Of a stretch of 64,000 nucleotides of DNA, positions 47,056-57,139 are shown piece after piece. The stretch spans positions 248,001-312,000 of the forward strand of contig CAXXQE010000006.1 of assembly GCA_963665615.2 (NCBI GenBank), in the 5' to 3' direction. Below the pieces are notes generated by a model. The model made no database searches and had not been told where the DNA came from. It saw only the letters and a program-made list of their open reading frames with translations. The number at the start of each line of letters is the position of its first letter. Positions within the stretch are counted from its first letter, which is position 1. Position numbers and translations under genes: made by a program. The stretch comes from Syntrophales bacterium. Its GTDB lineage: Bacteria; Desulfobacterota; Syntrophia; Syntrophales; UBA4778.

Positions 47056-47895
47056 ATGATTCGTTCGGTCAAAAGGCCGCAGGGCACGGACAATACGCTC
47101 GCTACTGGATTTAAGATCGCCACCTTCAACGTTAATTCAATCCGATCACGGCTCCATATCGTTATCCCGTGGTTGCGAGCGCAAAGGCCCTCTGTCCTTT
47201 GCATGCAGGAAACAAAGGCGTCTGACGACGTTTTCCCCGCCGATGCCTTCCAGGACGTCGGCTATTACGTTATTTTCAGGGGCTTCAAGAAGGGCAGCGG
47301 CGTCGCGATCGCCTCTATTGAGAAACCCGAACAGGTCCGCTTCGGGCTCGACGACGACCCTCGCGACGAAGACCGCCTTGCAACCTGCGTCATTTCGGGC
47401 ATCACGATTTTGAATGCCTATGTCCCACAAGGATTCAAGCCGGATACGCCGCAATATGCCTATAAACTCAAATGGCTCGAACGGTTCGAACGCTGGATTG
47501 CCCGCCATTTTTCACCGAATGAGCCGCTAATCCTCTGTGGCGATCTCAATATCGCCCGCGAACCGATCGACGTCCATAATCCGAAGCGTCTCCTGGGGCA
47601 CGTCGATTTCAATCCAGAGGTCTGGACCGCCTTCGATCGCATCAGCCGATGGGGACTCATCGACGTTTTCCGCAGGCACCATCCCGGAGAGCCTGATCAA
47701 TTCAGCTTTTTCGATTACCGTTTCCCGCATTCCGTGGAACGTCAACTTGGCTGGCGCGTCGATCACATTCTGGCAACGGCCGGCCTCGCCGAGAAGTCAG
47801 TTGCGGCAGCCATCGATCTCAACCCGCGCCTGGCTGAAAAACCTTCTGATCATACTGTGTTACAGGCAGAATTCGCCCTGCGAGATGCGCAATAG
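47056..47895 (+). CDS. xth: Exodeoxyribonuclease III
   Basis: KIATFNVNS, LCMQETK, NAYVPQG, GDLNIA, GWRVDHIL, SDHT. Confidence 0.94.
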   Translation: MIRSVKRPQGTDNTLATGFKIATFNVNSIRSRLHIVIPWLRAQRPSVLCMQETKASDDVFPADAFQDVGYYVIFRGFKKGSGVAIASIEKPEQVRFGLDDDPRDEDRLATCVISGITILNAYVPQGFKPDTPQYAYKLKWLERFERWIARHFSPNEPLILCGDLNIAREPIDVHNPKRLLGHVDFNPEVWTAFDRISRWGLIDVFRRHHPGEPDQFSFFDYRFPHSVERQLGWRVDHILATAGLAEKSVAAAIDLNPRLAEKPSDHTVLQAEFALRDAQ

Positions 47896-47993
47896 GGATT
47901 GACAGGTCTGCTGAATTGACGTATCTGGACATTAAACGACTAACCGGGTGTTGAAAAAAACGTTACGTAAGCGGTTGACCGGCGCGGTGAAAG

Positions 47994-48998
47994 ATGAATA
48001 ACAATAAAAAAGAACAGGACCCCCACGAGCAGACTTACCTCAGCGATGAGATCGAGGACATTTTTACCAAGTCCGATTCGACCTCCTTACCACCCGCCGA
48101 GATGTCCTCGGAGTTGTTTTCCGAAAGCCGACTTGCCAGCGATATGGGACTCGGAAAAAATATATCCCGCGGCCATAGCGAAAATACCATCGCCAAGTAT
48201 CTCCTCTTTGCGCTTCCTGTGACGCTGGCCCTATTATTCGCCCTTTTCGTCTGGCCGGGCATATATCAATTCAGTTCAATGAAGCAGGGCAGTCGAGACT
48301 ATCTGGTAAAAACCAATCGTCTGACCGGTTCACATTCTTATTTTTACGGCGGCAAGTGGCTGGACAAACCGATCGCCGATGCGCCCCTGCGACTGCCTGA
48401 TCCACTGTCTGTTATCTCGCACAATGATCAGCCGGTAACTGCCACCATAAAACCTGAGAAAGAGCGAACGCCCGAAAGAGTGCCCGACAAGGCTCCACCG
48501 ATCGCCTCTCCCCAGGCGAAACAGCCGGCAGCTGCCGCAAAGACTCTGAAAGATGTTCCGCCAGCCGCGACGGCATCCGTGAAAGAAAATAAGCAGCCGG
48601 TGACGGTGGTTCCCGAAAAACCAACCGCGGTCCATCAATCGACCGTCAAAGCAGAAAAACCTCCAGCCGCGCAGCCGGACGTAAAAGAAAACGCCGAAAC
48701 GCAGAAGGTCAGGGAAGATGCCGTCAAGCCCGCATCTCACAAAAAGGAAAAAGCGGCGGCGCTAAAGCCCTACGCCATTCAGATCGGTGCTTTTGCAACC
48801 GAGGATGAGGTCCGGGTCTTCCTTGCAGACCAGGAAAGCAATGCGGGCATCTACTGGTTAAAAGTGCAGATCAAGGGCAAACCCTGGTATCGCGTCTTTA
48901 TCGGACACTTTTCAAATCCGGACGAAGCCAGGACTTATCTCAAAAAGAAGAAAGTCCCTCAGCGTTTCCCGGGAAGTTTTGTGCAGAAGGTGAGCTGA
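47994..48998 (+). CDS. Membrane-anchored SPOR-domain protein
   Basis: Single TM, Pro/Ala/Lys-rich linker, C-terminal YAIQIGAF...WYRVFIGHF. Confidence 0.85.
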   Translation: MNNNKKEQDPHEQTYLSDEIEDIFTKSDSTSLPPAEMSSELFSESRLASDMGLGKNISRGHSENTIAKYLLFALPVTLALLFALFVWPGIYQFSSMKQGSRDYLVKTNRLTGSHSYFYGGKWLDKPIADAPLRLPDPLSVISHNDQPVTATIKPEKERTPERVPDKAPPIASPQAKQPAAAAKTLKDVPPAATASVKENKQPVTVVPEKPTAVHQSTVKAEKPPAAQPDVKENAETQKVREDAVKPASHKKEKAAALKPYAIQIGAFATEDEVRVFLADQESNAGIYWLKVQIKGKPWYRVFIGHFSNPDEARTYLKKKKVPQRFPGSFVQKVS

Positions 48999-49014
48999 AG
49001 AAGGGCTCGGCCCA

Positions 49015-52000
49015 TTAACTCTCAAGGACTTCCCTCACTTTGGCCGCCAGATCGTTCAAGAAAAACGGTTTGGAGATGAGTTGCACCCCCTCCTCCAGAA
49101 TCCCCTGGCGGGCAATCACATCCGCCGTATAGCCGGACATATACAGGCGTTTCAAGCCCGGTTTGATGGCGATGATTTTCTCAGACAGTTCTTTCCCGTT
49201 CATCTCCGGCATCACGACATCGATGAGCAAGAGGTCAATGGGTTCGCCATACTCTCTCACCAGTTGGAGTGCTTGCGCCGCAGCACTGGCTGTCAGAACC
49301 CTGTACCCGAGCGTTTCAAGCATGTCCTTGCCGACCTGCATCACCACGGGTTCGTCCTCCACAATCAGAATCGTCTCCGCCCCCCCCTGGAACTGAATGG
49401 TTGTTTGACCGTCGTCTGCGGCCTGGCGCTCATTCTCGCAGTAGTGCGGCAGGTATATCTTGAATGTCGTACCCTGTCCCGGTTCGCTGTAAACATAGAT
49501 AAAACCGCTATTCTGTTTGACGATCCCATACACGGTCGGCAGACCCAGTCCTGTTCCCTGCCCCTCTTTTTTCGTGGTAAAGAACGGCTCGAAGATATTG
49601 GCCTGCGTCTCCTTGTCCATCCCGCATCCGTCGTCGCTGACCGAAAGCAAGATATACTCACCAGGGGTGCATTCAGGGTGAACCGAACAGTACGCTTCGT
49701 CACATACGACATTGGAGGTTTCGATCACGACCTGTCCCGCCTGGTCAATGGCGTCGCGGGCATTGACCGTCAGATTGGCCAAAAGCTGGTCCACCTGTGA
49801 AGGATCCATCTTGACCTGCCAGAGTTTTTCCCCCGGTATCCAGATCAACTTGATATTCTCGCCGATAAGCCTCCGGAGGATCTTGAGCATGCCGGCGATC
49901 GTGTCATTCAGGTCCAGCACCTTGGGATGGATCGTCTGTTTACGGGCAAAGGCCAGCAACTGGCGAGTCAAATCCGCGGACCGCATGGCTGCGTTCAGGA
50001 TGTCGTTGAGCGGCTTATAGAGTGGATCCATCGGTATTAATCTTCTTATGGCCAGTTGGGCCGTGCCGATAATCACGCTGAGCATGTTGTTGAAGTCATG
50101 GGCCACGCCGCCCGCAAGCCGCCCCACCGACTCCATCTTTTGAGACTGCGTCAGTTGGATCGCCAGGTTCTTTTTCTCTTCCTCAGCCTGCTTGAGTTCC
50201 GTGATATCCTGAACGAACCCGGAAATACGCAATGGTTGACCTTCCGGATTGAAGAAAGTTTCGCCCTGTTCGTGCATGTATTTTATCCGTCCGTCGGGAA
50301 ACAGCAGACGGTAGGCAACCTTATAGGGTTGATGATTTTTCAGCGCCTGCCTATGAACAGATGCAAGGTTCTCGCGATCCTCAGGATGGGCGGCAGCCAG
50401 GTAATTCTTGTACGTGAGGGAATAATCCCTGCTGTCTTTTTCGAAAATCCGGTAGGTTTCCTCTGACCAGACGAGCTTTCCCGTCAGAAGATCACCCTCC
50501 CAACTCCCCAGTTGAGCGAGCCGCTGAGCCTCGATGAATTGCCTCTGACTTTCACGCAGCCTCTCCCCTATCTGTTTCAGTTCGGTAACGTCAAAGGTCA
50601 CAATGAAGCTTCCCCGGAACATCCCATCCGGTCCAAATTCCGGAATAAATGTTGAAAGGCCGTAAGTTGTTTTCCCCCAGGCGTCTTTTATCGAGCTTTC
50701 ATAGGTGACCGATTCACCAGCCATCACTTTGCGTACGACCGGAATCCCCTGTTGCCTAAAAATGTCTTCTCCAAACACCTCCACCAAGGTATGTCCCAAC
50801 ATTTTTTCTGGCAGAAAACCGTATTTCTCTTCATATTGCCTGTTAACGAAAGTGTATCGAAAATCCCGGTCGAGGCGCCCCACCCGGCCCGGGATGTTGT
50901 TAATGATCTGCGAAAGCATCTGTTCCCGCTCGCGCAACGCCTCTTCCGCCCGCTTGTGCTCAGTGACGTCGTTCAGCAGGAACAGAAGATGTTTCTGCCC
51001 GGCAACATCAATCACCTCCACGGAGGCAAGGCAGTCGCGTATATCGCCCTTTTTTCTCCTAAGCGGAAACGGATAATTTCTCAAACACCCGTTTTGCTCA
51101 AATGCGCGTCGCATAGCCGTGCGCGCCTCAGACGAGAGCATACCGAGTTCGACAGACGTGCGACCGATTAGCTCCTCGCGGGAATATCCAAGCGCCTGCA
51201 AGAAACTCTCATTCACATCAACAAAGCGTCCTTCCGCGATCGTGGATATGGCCATAATGCCCGGACTGGCGTTAAAGGCTTTAAGGAACTTCTCTTCACT
51301 GAACCTGAGGGCCTCTTCCGCCCGCTTGCGCTTGGTGATGTCGCGCCAGACGCAATAATAAACCGGACGGCCACCCACATGGATGTTTTTCGCCGTCACA
51401 TAGACATTTCTGATTTTCCCCTGCTTCGTGCGTTGTATGGTCTCAAAATCGGCTCTGCCGTTCTTGATGACTTCTGCAATATGCGTTTTGGTTTGTGTAG
51501 CCGTTTCACTCGCTTCAATATCCATAATGCTGAGGCGAGAAAATTCTTCACGGGAATATCCTAATTGTTCATGAGCCGCGGCGTTGAATTCCAGGAATCG
51601 AGCAGTTGATGGATCGATAAGCAGGATACCATCGGGAGAGTTCTCAAAGAGTGTCCGCCTGAAAGCCGCCTCTTCTTTAAGGGCCTCCTCGCCCTGATTC
51701 CTTCCGGTAATGTCGGTGTGCAACCCGACAAGCCCAATGATGCTGCCGTTCTGATTACGAATGGCATAGGTTCTGAAGGAGATGTCCAGGATTTTCCCGT
51801 CTCTCCCGAACATCTTCACTTCGCCCTGCCAACTCCCATCGGACATAACGCCGTTTAAGAACTGTTTGACAACAGCCTTGTCTACATACAGACATTCGGG
51901 CGAATTATTTCCAATATCGCCGAACAAGCGATCGAAGGCCTCATTGTGATAGTAGTGTCTGCCCTCGGGGGTTGCGAGGCCGATGGCATCCGTCGAATAG

Positions 52001-52485
52001 TCCACCAGCGCCTTGAACAAAAGCAAGGACTCATCCGCTTGCTTGCGCTCGGTGATGTCGCGAACGAGACACATGCTATACGACTGGCCGTCATAGTCGA
52101 AATGATAGGCATTGATCTCGACAGGGATGAGACGACCATCCTTGGTTCGCTGAGAGGATTCAAAGATTCTGTGCCCCCCGTTGGTTGATTGCTCCTTCCA
52201 GTAATCCGACCAGGTATCATATGAAAAGTCGGGATCGATATCCGGCACGCCCATACCGAGCAGTTCCGCTTGCGTATAACCCAGCATGCGACAGGCCGTT
52301 TCATTGACAAAGGAAAAGTGGGCATCTTCTGTAATCAATAAAACACCTTCCTGCGCGCGGTTCATAGCGAACAGCAGAATATCCATCATACGGCCTGAAA
52401 TCGGGACACTCCCTGCGGCGCCACCCTCCGGCTCTCTGCAGCACTTTTTCGATGTATCTGTTTCCCTCATGATCTCCTTTTCCAT
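49015..52485 (-). CDS. Multi-PAS hybrid sensor histidine kinase/receiver
   Basis: About six PAS/PAC repeats, AHDFNNML, NARDA, DDGCGM, FFTTK, GTGLGL, C-terminal REC. Start uncertain (52470-52539). Confidence 0.93.
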   Translation of the reverse strand: MEKEIMRETDTSKKCCREPEGGAAGSVPISGRMMDILLFAMNRAQEGVLLITEDAHFSFVNETACRMLGYTQAELLGMGVPDIDPDFSYDTWSDYWKEQSTNGGHRIFESSQRTKDGRLIPVEINAYHFDYDGQSYSMCLVRDITERKQADESLLLFKALVDYSTDAIGLATPEGRHYYHNEAFDRLFGDIGNNSPECLYVDKAVVKQFLNGVMSDGSWQGEVKMFGRDGKILDISFRTYAIRNQNGSIIGLVGLHTDITGRNQGEEALKEEAAFRRTLFENSPDGILLIDPSTARFLEFNAAAHEQLGYSREEFSRLSIMDIEASETATQTKTHIAEVIKNGRADFETIQRTKQGKIRNVYVTAKNIHVGGRPVYYCVWRDITKRKRAEEALRFSEEKFLKAFNASPGIMAISTIAEGRFVDVNESFLQALGYSREELIGRTSVELGMLSSEARTAMRRAFEQNGCLRNYPFPLRRKKGDIRDCLASVEVIDVAGQKHLLFLLNDVTEHKRAEEALREREQMLSQIINNIPGRVGRLDRDFRYTFVNRQYEEKYGFLPEKMLGHTLVEVFGEDIFRQQGIPVVRKVMAGESVTYESSIKDAWGKTTYGLSTFIPEFGPDGMFRGSFIVTFDVTELKQIGERLRESQRQFIEAQRLAQLGSWEGDLLTGKLVWSEETYRIFEKDSRDYSLTYKNYLAAAHPEDRENLASVHRQALKNHQPYKVAYRLLFPDGRIKYMHEQGETFFNPEGQPLRISGFVQDITELKQAEEEKKNLAIQLTQSQKMESVGRLAGGVAHDFNNMLSVIIGTAQLAIRRLIPMDPLYKPLNDILNAAMRSADLTRQLLAFARKQTIHPKVLDLNDTIAGMLKILRRLIGENIKLIWIPGEKLWQVKMDPSQVDQLLANLTVNARDAIDQAGQVVIETSNVVCDEAYCSVHPECTPGEYILLSVSDDGCGMDKETQANIFEPFFTTKKEGQGTGLGLPTVYGIVKQNSGFIYVYSEPGQGTTFKIYLPHYCENERQAADDGQTTIQFQGGAETILIVEDEPVVMQVGKDMLETLGYRVLTASAAAQALQLVREYGEPIDLLLIDVVMPEMNGKELSEKIIAIKPGLKRLYMSGYTADVIARQGILEEGVQLISKPFFLNDLAAKVREVLES

Positions 52486-52740
52486 TCGTCCCCCCCCCAG
52501 ATCGCTGTTCAAGATCGATACGACATTGAAAATTCCCAAGGAAGAGGTTCAGACATCATTCATTCGCTTACCTTGTAACAAAATGCGAGGAATGCGTTCG
52601 TTGCAAGATCCAGTAAGCTATACGCTTCTGTATAACTTTACCAGTTAGAGAAACAAAGAGCAACCAACCTGTTTTTTGTTAAAAGGAAGCTGTTCAGACG
52701 TAATTCGCTCGCTGCTGGAACCAGTGAAAGACTGACCCTT

Positions 52741-53892
52741 TTATTGCTCTTTCTTTTTGGACCCCTGGTACAACGGATACTCCAGCAATCGACACTCAAT
52801 ACTGCTGTTGAAGAGGGTGATACGGCGGCTGGTCTTCAGACCAACTTTTTTTGCCAAATCGAGGTTACCTGTAAAGACATATCCCTTATAGCCACTGCAC
52901 TTTCGTTTCAGGAAATCACCGATGCCGCTGTAAACGGCCTCCAGTCTTTTGACCTCGCCAAGCCGTTCGCCGTACTCCGGATTGAGGACGACAATCCCGC
53001 CTCCGTCCGGCACGGGTGTTTGGGCGTAATCGCAGACATCGAAGGTCATCAGGTGATCTACCCCGGCCGTCATGGCATTGCTGCGCGCCGCCTGGATAGC
53101 GCGCGGATCGTGATCGGTCGCAATGATCCGCCCGTCAATGCGCTTCTTGGCAGCGTTTCTGGCCTGCTGCCGCAGGGCGCTCCATTCCGACTGCCGGAAT
53201 CCTCGCAGATGCATAAAGGCGAAGTTGCTCCGCAAGAGCCCCGGCGCGCGGTTCTGCGCAATCAGGGCCGCCTCGATCGCCAGGGTTCCGCTGCCACACA
53301 TTGGATTGATAAAGTGTCCGTCGCCCCGCCAGCCGCTCAACAAGATCACAGCGGCAGCCAGCGTCTCCTGCATCGGCGCCTTGAAGGGGTTCTTGCGATA
53401 GCTCCGGCGCGACAGGGGTTCCCCGGACGTGTCAAGATAGACACTGCACGACGGCCCGCGCCAATACACGAACACAGAAGCCCCCTTCTGTTCCGGCCCG
53501 GAATCCGGCCTGCGGCCGTGGACCTCCTTGATGCGGTCGGCAATGGCGTCCTTGCACTTCTGATTGGCGAAGCGGGTATCCTTGATCGATTCATGTTCGA
53601 CAGAGGAAGAAACACTGAAGTACTCTGTCTCCGGAATCCAATCCTCCCAAAGTATCTTCCTGATGCCGCTGTAGTAATCGCTTACCGTCGCCGCGGGGAA
53701 TTCACCGAGAAACCACAAAACGCGGTGCGCGGTGCGCAGATGGAGATTCAACCGCATGCAGTCGGCCAACGTTCCGGCGGATTCCACGCCAGCCGGAAAC
53801 TCGGTGTAAACGGGCAGACCCAGCGCCAGGACCTCTTCCTTCAGGACCGGGGCAATCCCCTTCGAGCAAGTAAGAATGATGCGATTCGACAT
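52741..53892 (-). CDS. THUMP-domain SAM-dependent RNA methyltransferase (RlmL-like)
   Basis: LRTAHRV, LDTSGEPLSRRSYR, APMQETLAAA, PMCGSGT, NPEYGERL. Confidence 0.9.
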   Translation of the reverse strand: MSNRIILTCSKGIAPVLKEEVLALGLPVYTEFPAGVESAGTLADCMRLNLHLRTAHRVLWFLGEFPAATVSDYYSGIRKILWEDWIPETEYFSVSSSVEHESIKDTRFANQKCKDAIADRIKEVHGRRPDSGPEQKGASVFVYWRGPSCSVYLDTSGEPLSRRSYRKNPFKAPMQETLAAAVILLSGWRGDGHFINPMCGSGTLAIEAALIAQNRAPGLLRSNFAFMHLRGFRQSEWSALRQQARNAAKKRIDGRIIATDHDPRAIQAARSNAMTAGVDHLMTFDVCDYAQTPVPDGGGIVVLNPEYGERLGEVKRLEAVYSGIGDFLKRKCSGYKGYVFTGNLDLAKKVGLKTSRRITLFNSSIECRLLEYPLYQGSKKKEQ

Positions 53893-53951
53893 AATTAGCC
53901 CTGCTTCTCCGGACCGTTCAGAACACCGCGGAAGGAAAATGTTTAGTCCTG

Positions 53952-54006
53952 ATACGCTCGCTTACCCCGCGGCAAGCCACGGGGAATGCGCTCGCTGAAG
54001 AATTCA
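53952..54006 (+). repeat. GCAAGC-loop hairpin element flanked by AT(A/G)CGCTCGCT direct repeats
   Basis: atacgctcgct-ta-ccccgcggcaagccacgggg-a-atgcgctcgctgaagaattc. Confidence 0.7.
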
Positions 54007-54076
54007 CCGTAACAAGCTCCAACGAGTGATTCATTTATTTCTTTTTAAAACCCCCGATGCCCCTCGATCAATGTGC

Positions 54077-54649
54077 CTATAAGCATGCGGTGTCGCCCTT
54101 TTCCAGCCTCTTCCTCAACAGGCCAACCAGGACGCCCTCCGGACGCCAGGCATAACAGGTGTTCATGAAATTCCGAATGAAGTCTTTCATCATTTCCAAC
54201 GAAAAGTCAGGGAATTCCTTTACGCGATACGAGATTACGCCCTGAACGATCGCCGGCGCCATGGCCGTTAACAGTTCAACCAGGTGTGTGCATCCTTTTC
54301 CCTGAGCCGCCATTTTTTTGATCTTGGCAACAAAGCCCTTTGTAATGGCCATGCCTTTCAAACCGTCCAGGCTGTCCACGGCTCGCGGGCATTCTTCGTT
54401 GGGAATAACCGGCATGTCCACAGCAACCTCTTCGATTTCCAGCGTCGTTTTGTTGACGAGCAGCTGAATGACCATGGAATGCAATTTGCCGGCCGGTCTT
54501 TCTTCACCCGTTATCAGCCGGTACTTGTCGTATCTCCGGTCGATCAGATTTCCCTCAACCGCCAGTCTGGTTTCATCGTAATCAGACGTGGTGACCTCGA
54601 TCGTGCGGGTGTGATATTTTTTATTGTTCAGTTGCTCAAACAGCCTCAT
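54077..54649 (-). CDS. DUF2889-like protein
   Basis: HTRTIEV, VEGNLIDRR, LHSM, P..ECP, GCTHLVELL, NTCYAW. Confidence 0.75.
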   Translation of the reverse strand: MRLFEQLNNKKYHTRTIEVTTSDYDETRLAVEGNLIDRRYDKYRLITGEERPAGKLHSMVIQLLVNKTTLEIEEVAVDMPVIPNEECPRAVDSLDGLKGMAITKGFVAKIKKMAAQGKGCTHLVELLTAMAPAIVQGVISYRVKEFPDFSLEMMKDFIRNFMNTCYAWRPEGVLVGLLRKRLEKGDTACL

Positions 54650-54740
54650 AGCTGCCCCTGCTTTCTTAATCCCGGCGCTGGACCTTTTTAAAACCATACA
54701 CAAACGAAACAGCGCTGTCTATTTTTTCTGTCAGGCACCC

Positions 54741-54764
54741 AAAAAAAAGCCCGCTTGCGCGGGC
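54741..54764 (-). terminator. Rho-independent terminator
   Basis: Minus strand GCCCGC-GCAA-GCGGGC-TTTTTTTT downstream of the RdgC-like pair. Confidence 0.8.
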
Positions 54765-54801
54765 GAAGATTGTTGGATGGAACAGGAAAATCAGCGGCCG
54801 G

Positions 54802-55305
54802 TCACTTGTCCGGATGGAGCCAGCGTTTCATGCGGGGCTGGTCTTCCTGCGCCCACTCGCCTGAGAGACGCCGGTCGAGGAAGACGGCGAAAAGGCGGTC
54901 CATGGTTTCGGTGACTTTTTCGATATGGTAGATCCGCTCCAGGGTCAGGCCGTCACGGTCGGTCTCCCCTTCCGATGCCACAGTCTGCGGCATCTTGAGG
55001 GACTGGAACTGGAATCCGTCGGCTTTGAAGGTAAACTCGCACTCGGCGTTGTCCTTGCCGAGACGGAGCCGGGCCTCCTTGATCTTCTTGCCGGCCCGAA
55101 GGGCGGCCTTCCCCTCCTTCATGTCGCTGTGCATGCCCTGGCAGGAAACGGTTTCCGTATACTCGCCATCGCCCGCCTCCAAGATGATCCGGCGGACGAA
55201 GATCAGCTCGATGTCCTCGCCGCCGAGGGCGATCGCACCGTTTCGCTCTTCGCTCTTGAACCAGAGCCAGGTTAGAAAATCTCTTCCGAGGGTAATCGTG
55301 TCCAT
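54802..55305 (-). CDS. RdgC-associated / RdgC-like conserved protein
   Basis: LGRDFLTWLWFKSE...EGKAALRAGKKIKEARL...LERI. Operonic with the RdgC-like gene. Confidence 0.65.
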   Translation of the reverse strand: MDTITLGRDFLTWLWFKSEERNGAIALGGEDIELIFVRRIILEAGDGEYTETVSCQGMHSDMKEGKAALRAGKKIKEARLRLGKDNAECEFTFKADGFQFQSLKMPQTVASEGETDRDGLTLERIYHIEKVTETMDRLFAVFLDRRLSGEWAQEDQPRMKRWLHPDK

Positions 55306-55322
55306 GTGTCTTCAGTCAATTT

Positions 55323-55913
55323 CTATTGGTTATCCAGCGCGGCGAGCTTTGCCGCAACGGCTGGTTCCAAGGCATCTGGATCCCAGGGAGCCAGCGGCTG
55401 GAGCTTCAGTTCAAAAGTCCGTTCAAAGTGCTTGCGAAAGACATCGTTGACCGCTTCGGTATGCGACCCGAAGATCAACCACTTCCTGGAGACGCACCAG
55501 CAGACGTCATAGAAGGACGGTGTCGGCAATGCCTTGGCCAGCAGGTTGTTCTTAACGGATTCGAGAATCTGCTTGCGCTGATCCCGGTAGAGTCGTTCCT
55601 GCTGCTTTTCGGCCATGACGGCCTTTTCGGCCTCGGAGGCCTTGATTCGAAGCAGCGACGGTGGCACGCTCTTCTTGTCGATCCGCAGGCTGAAGATCAG
55701 ATAATCGCCCAGGGCGTAGTTGGCATACTCAAAGTTGGTATCGAGAACGTTGTCGATGCTGGTCCAGCCCATTGACAACTCTTCGGACGCCAGGATGAGT
55801 TCCTGAAAGGCGAATGTGCGGATCTGACGATTCACAAAGGCGCTGAAATCCTTCGGTGGCTCCCCGCAAACGCGGTATCGCGAAAATGTGATGTTTCCCT
55901 TTAAGAGGCCCAT
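55323..55913 (-). CDS. Recombination-associated protein RdgC-like (short form)
   Basis: MGLLKG..FSRYRV, SMGW, FSLRIDKKSVPPSLL, LLAKALP, FERTF. Confidence 0.7.
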   Translation of the reverse strand: MGLLKGNITFSRYRVCGEPPKDFSAFVNRQIRTFAFQELILASEELSMGWTSIDNVLDTNFEYANYALGDYLIFSLRIDKKSVPPSLLRIKASEAEKAVMAEKQQERLYRDQRKQILESVKNNLLAKALPTPSFYDVCWCVSRKWLIFGSHTEAVNDVFRKHFERTFELKLQPLAPWDPDALEPAVAAKLAALDNQ

Positions 55914-55919
55914 AAAGAA

Positions 55920-56184
55920 AAGTTCAAAGTTTGAAGTTCAAAGTTTAAAGTTGGGAACAGGTGGCGAGAAATATCCCAGTTGCCCCTGATTGTCAAGAAA
56001 TCAAAGCAAGCGGTTCCCGGTTATCCGTTGCCAGTTTCCGACTGCCGATGATCTGCCGGCGAGCCTTTTTGACCGTCAACCGTTAAGAGTAAACGGACGA
56101 CCTTGTCCTGTCACTCGTCACTTGTTACTCGTCACCGCGGCGTCAGGCGCCATTCACTATTTACTGTTCACTATTCACCATTTA
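55920..56184. repeat. Intergenic region built from several different 7-bp-period tracts
   Basis: AAGTT(C/T)(A/G) x4-5 at 55920, CGGTTCC/CAGTTTC-type at about 56011, TCACTCG/TCACTTG/TTACTCG at 56111, TTCACTA/TTTACTG/TTCACCA at 56153. Confidence 0.7.
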
Positions 56185-56226
56185 TGATAATTGACGTTTA
56201 CTTCATCTTTCTCAACGGAGAGCCCC

Positions 56227-57108
56227 ATGGCGATCAGACACATCGGGATTATTGCCAACGTCCGCAAGAATAAGGCGCCCGAATACGCCGGTGAATTAAA
56301 GCGCTGGATCGAAAACCGTGGGCTCGAGGCGTCTCTCGATCAGGAGACCGCCCGCGTTCTCGGCCTGCCCGGCGGATGTAGCCTGCAGCACATGGCGGAG
56401 ATTTCCGATATGATCGTGGCATTCGGCGGCGACGGCACCCTGCTGATGGCCGCCCGTCATCTCAAAACCTACGACGTCCCGCTGCTGGGGGTCAATCTGG
56501 GCGCCTTCGGATACCTCACGGTGGTCAACTTGGGTGAGATGTATAGCGACCTGGAAAAGATCCTGGCCGGGGATTACCGCATCGAAAAACGGATGATGCT
56601 GGACGTCGCGATCGTCAAAAACGGCGAGCGCCTGTCAAAGCACACCGTTCTCAACGACGCCGTCATCTCCCGAGGCAGTCTACACCGACTCGTTGATATC
56701 GAAACCCATGTGGACAACCGGTACCTGACAACGTACCGGGCGGACGGACTCATCATTTCCACCCCGACCGGTTCGACAGCCTACTCTCTGTCTGCCGGAG
56801 GCCCTATCATTTTTCCGGAGGTGGATTCGATCATTCTCAATCCGATCTGCCCCCATACTTTAACCAATCGGCCCGTTATTCTGCCGGGCACATCCGTCGT
56901 GGCAATGACGGCCCTGATTCGGGATGGCGAGGCGACGCTCACGCTGGACGGTCAAACCTCGTTCAAGGTGGACAGCGCCTCCAGGATCGAAGTTCGACGA
57001 TCCCATTACGTAACGACCCTGATCGATTCCCCCCATCGCGATTACTTCGAGATTCTGAGAACGAAGCTCGGCTGGGGGGGCGCATCCAACAACGGCCATG
57101 CGTTTTAG
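56227..57108 (+). CDS. nadK: NAD(+) kinase
   Basis: GGDGTLL, GVNLG..GYL, LND, ADGLIISTPTGSTAYSLSAGGP, ICPHTL. Confidence 0.95.
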   Translation: MAIRHIGIIANVRKNKAPEYAGELKRWIENRGLEASLDQETARVLGLPGGCSLQHMAEISDMIVAFGGDGTLLMAARHLKTYDVPLLGVNLGAFGYLTVVNLGEMYSDLEKILAGDYRIEKRMMLDVAIVKNGERLSKHTVLNDAVISRGSLHRLVDIETHVDNRYLTTYRADGLIISTPTGSTAYSLSAGGPIIFPEVDSIILNPICPHTLTNRPVILPGTSVVAMTALIRDGEATLTLDGQTSFKVDSASRIEVRRSHYVTTLIDSPHRDYFEILRTKLGWGGASNNGHAF

Positions 57109-57139
57109 AAGGCCGATGTTCCGCCTGATGTGAGGTTGT

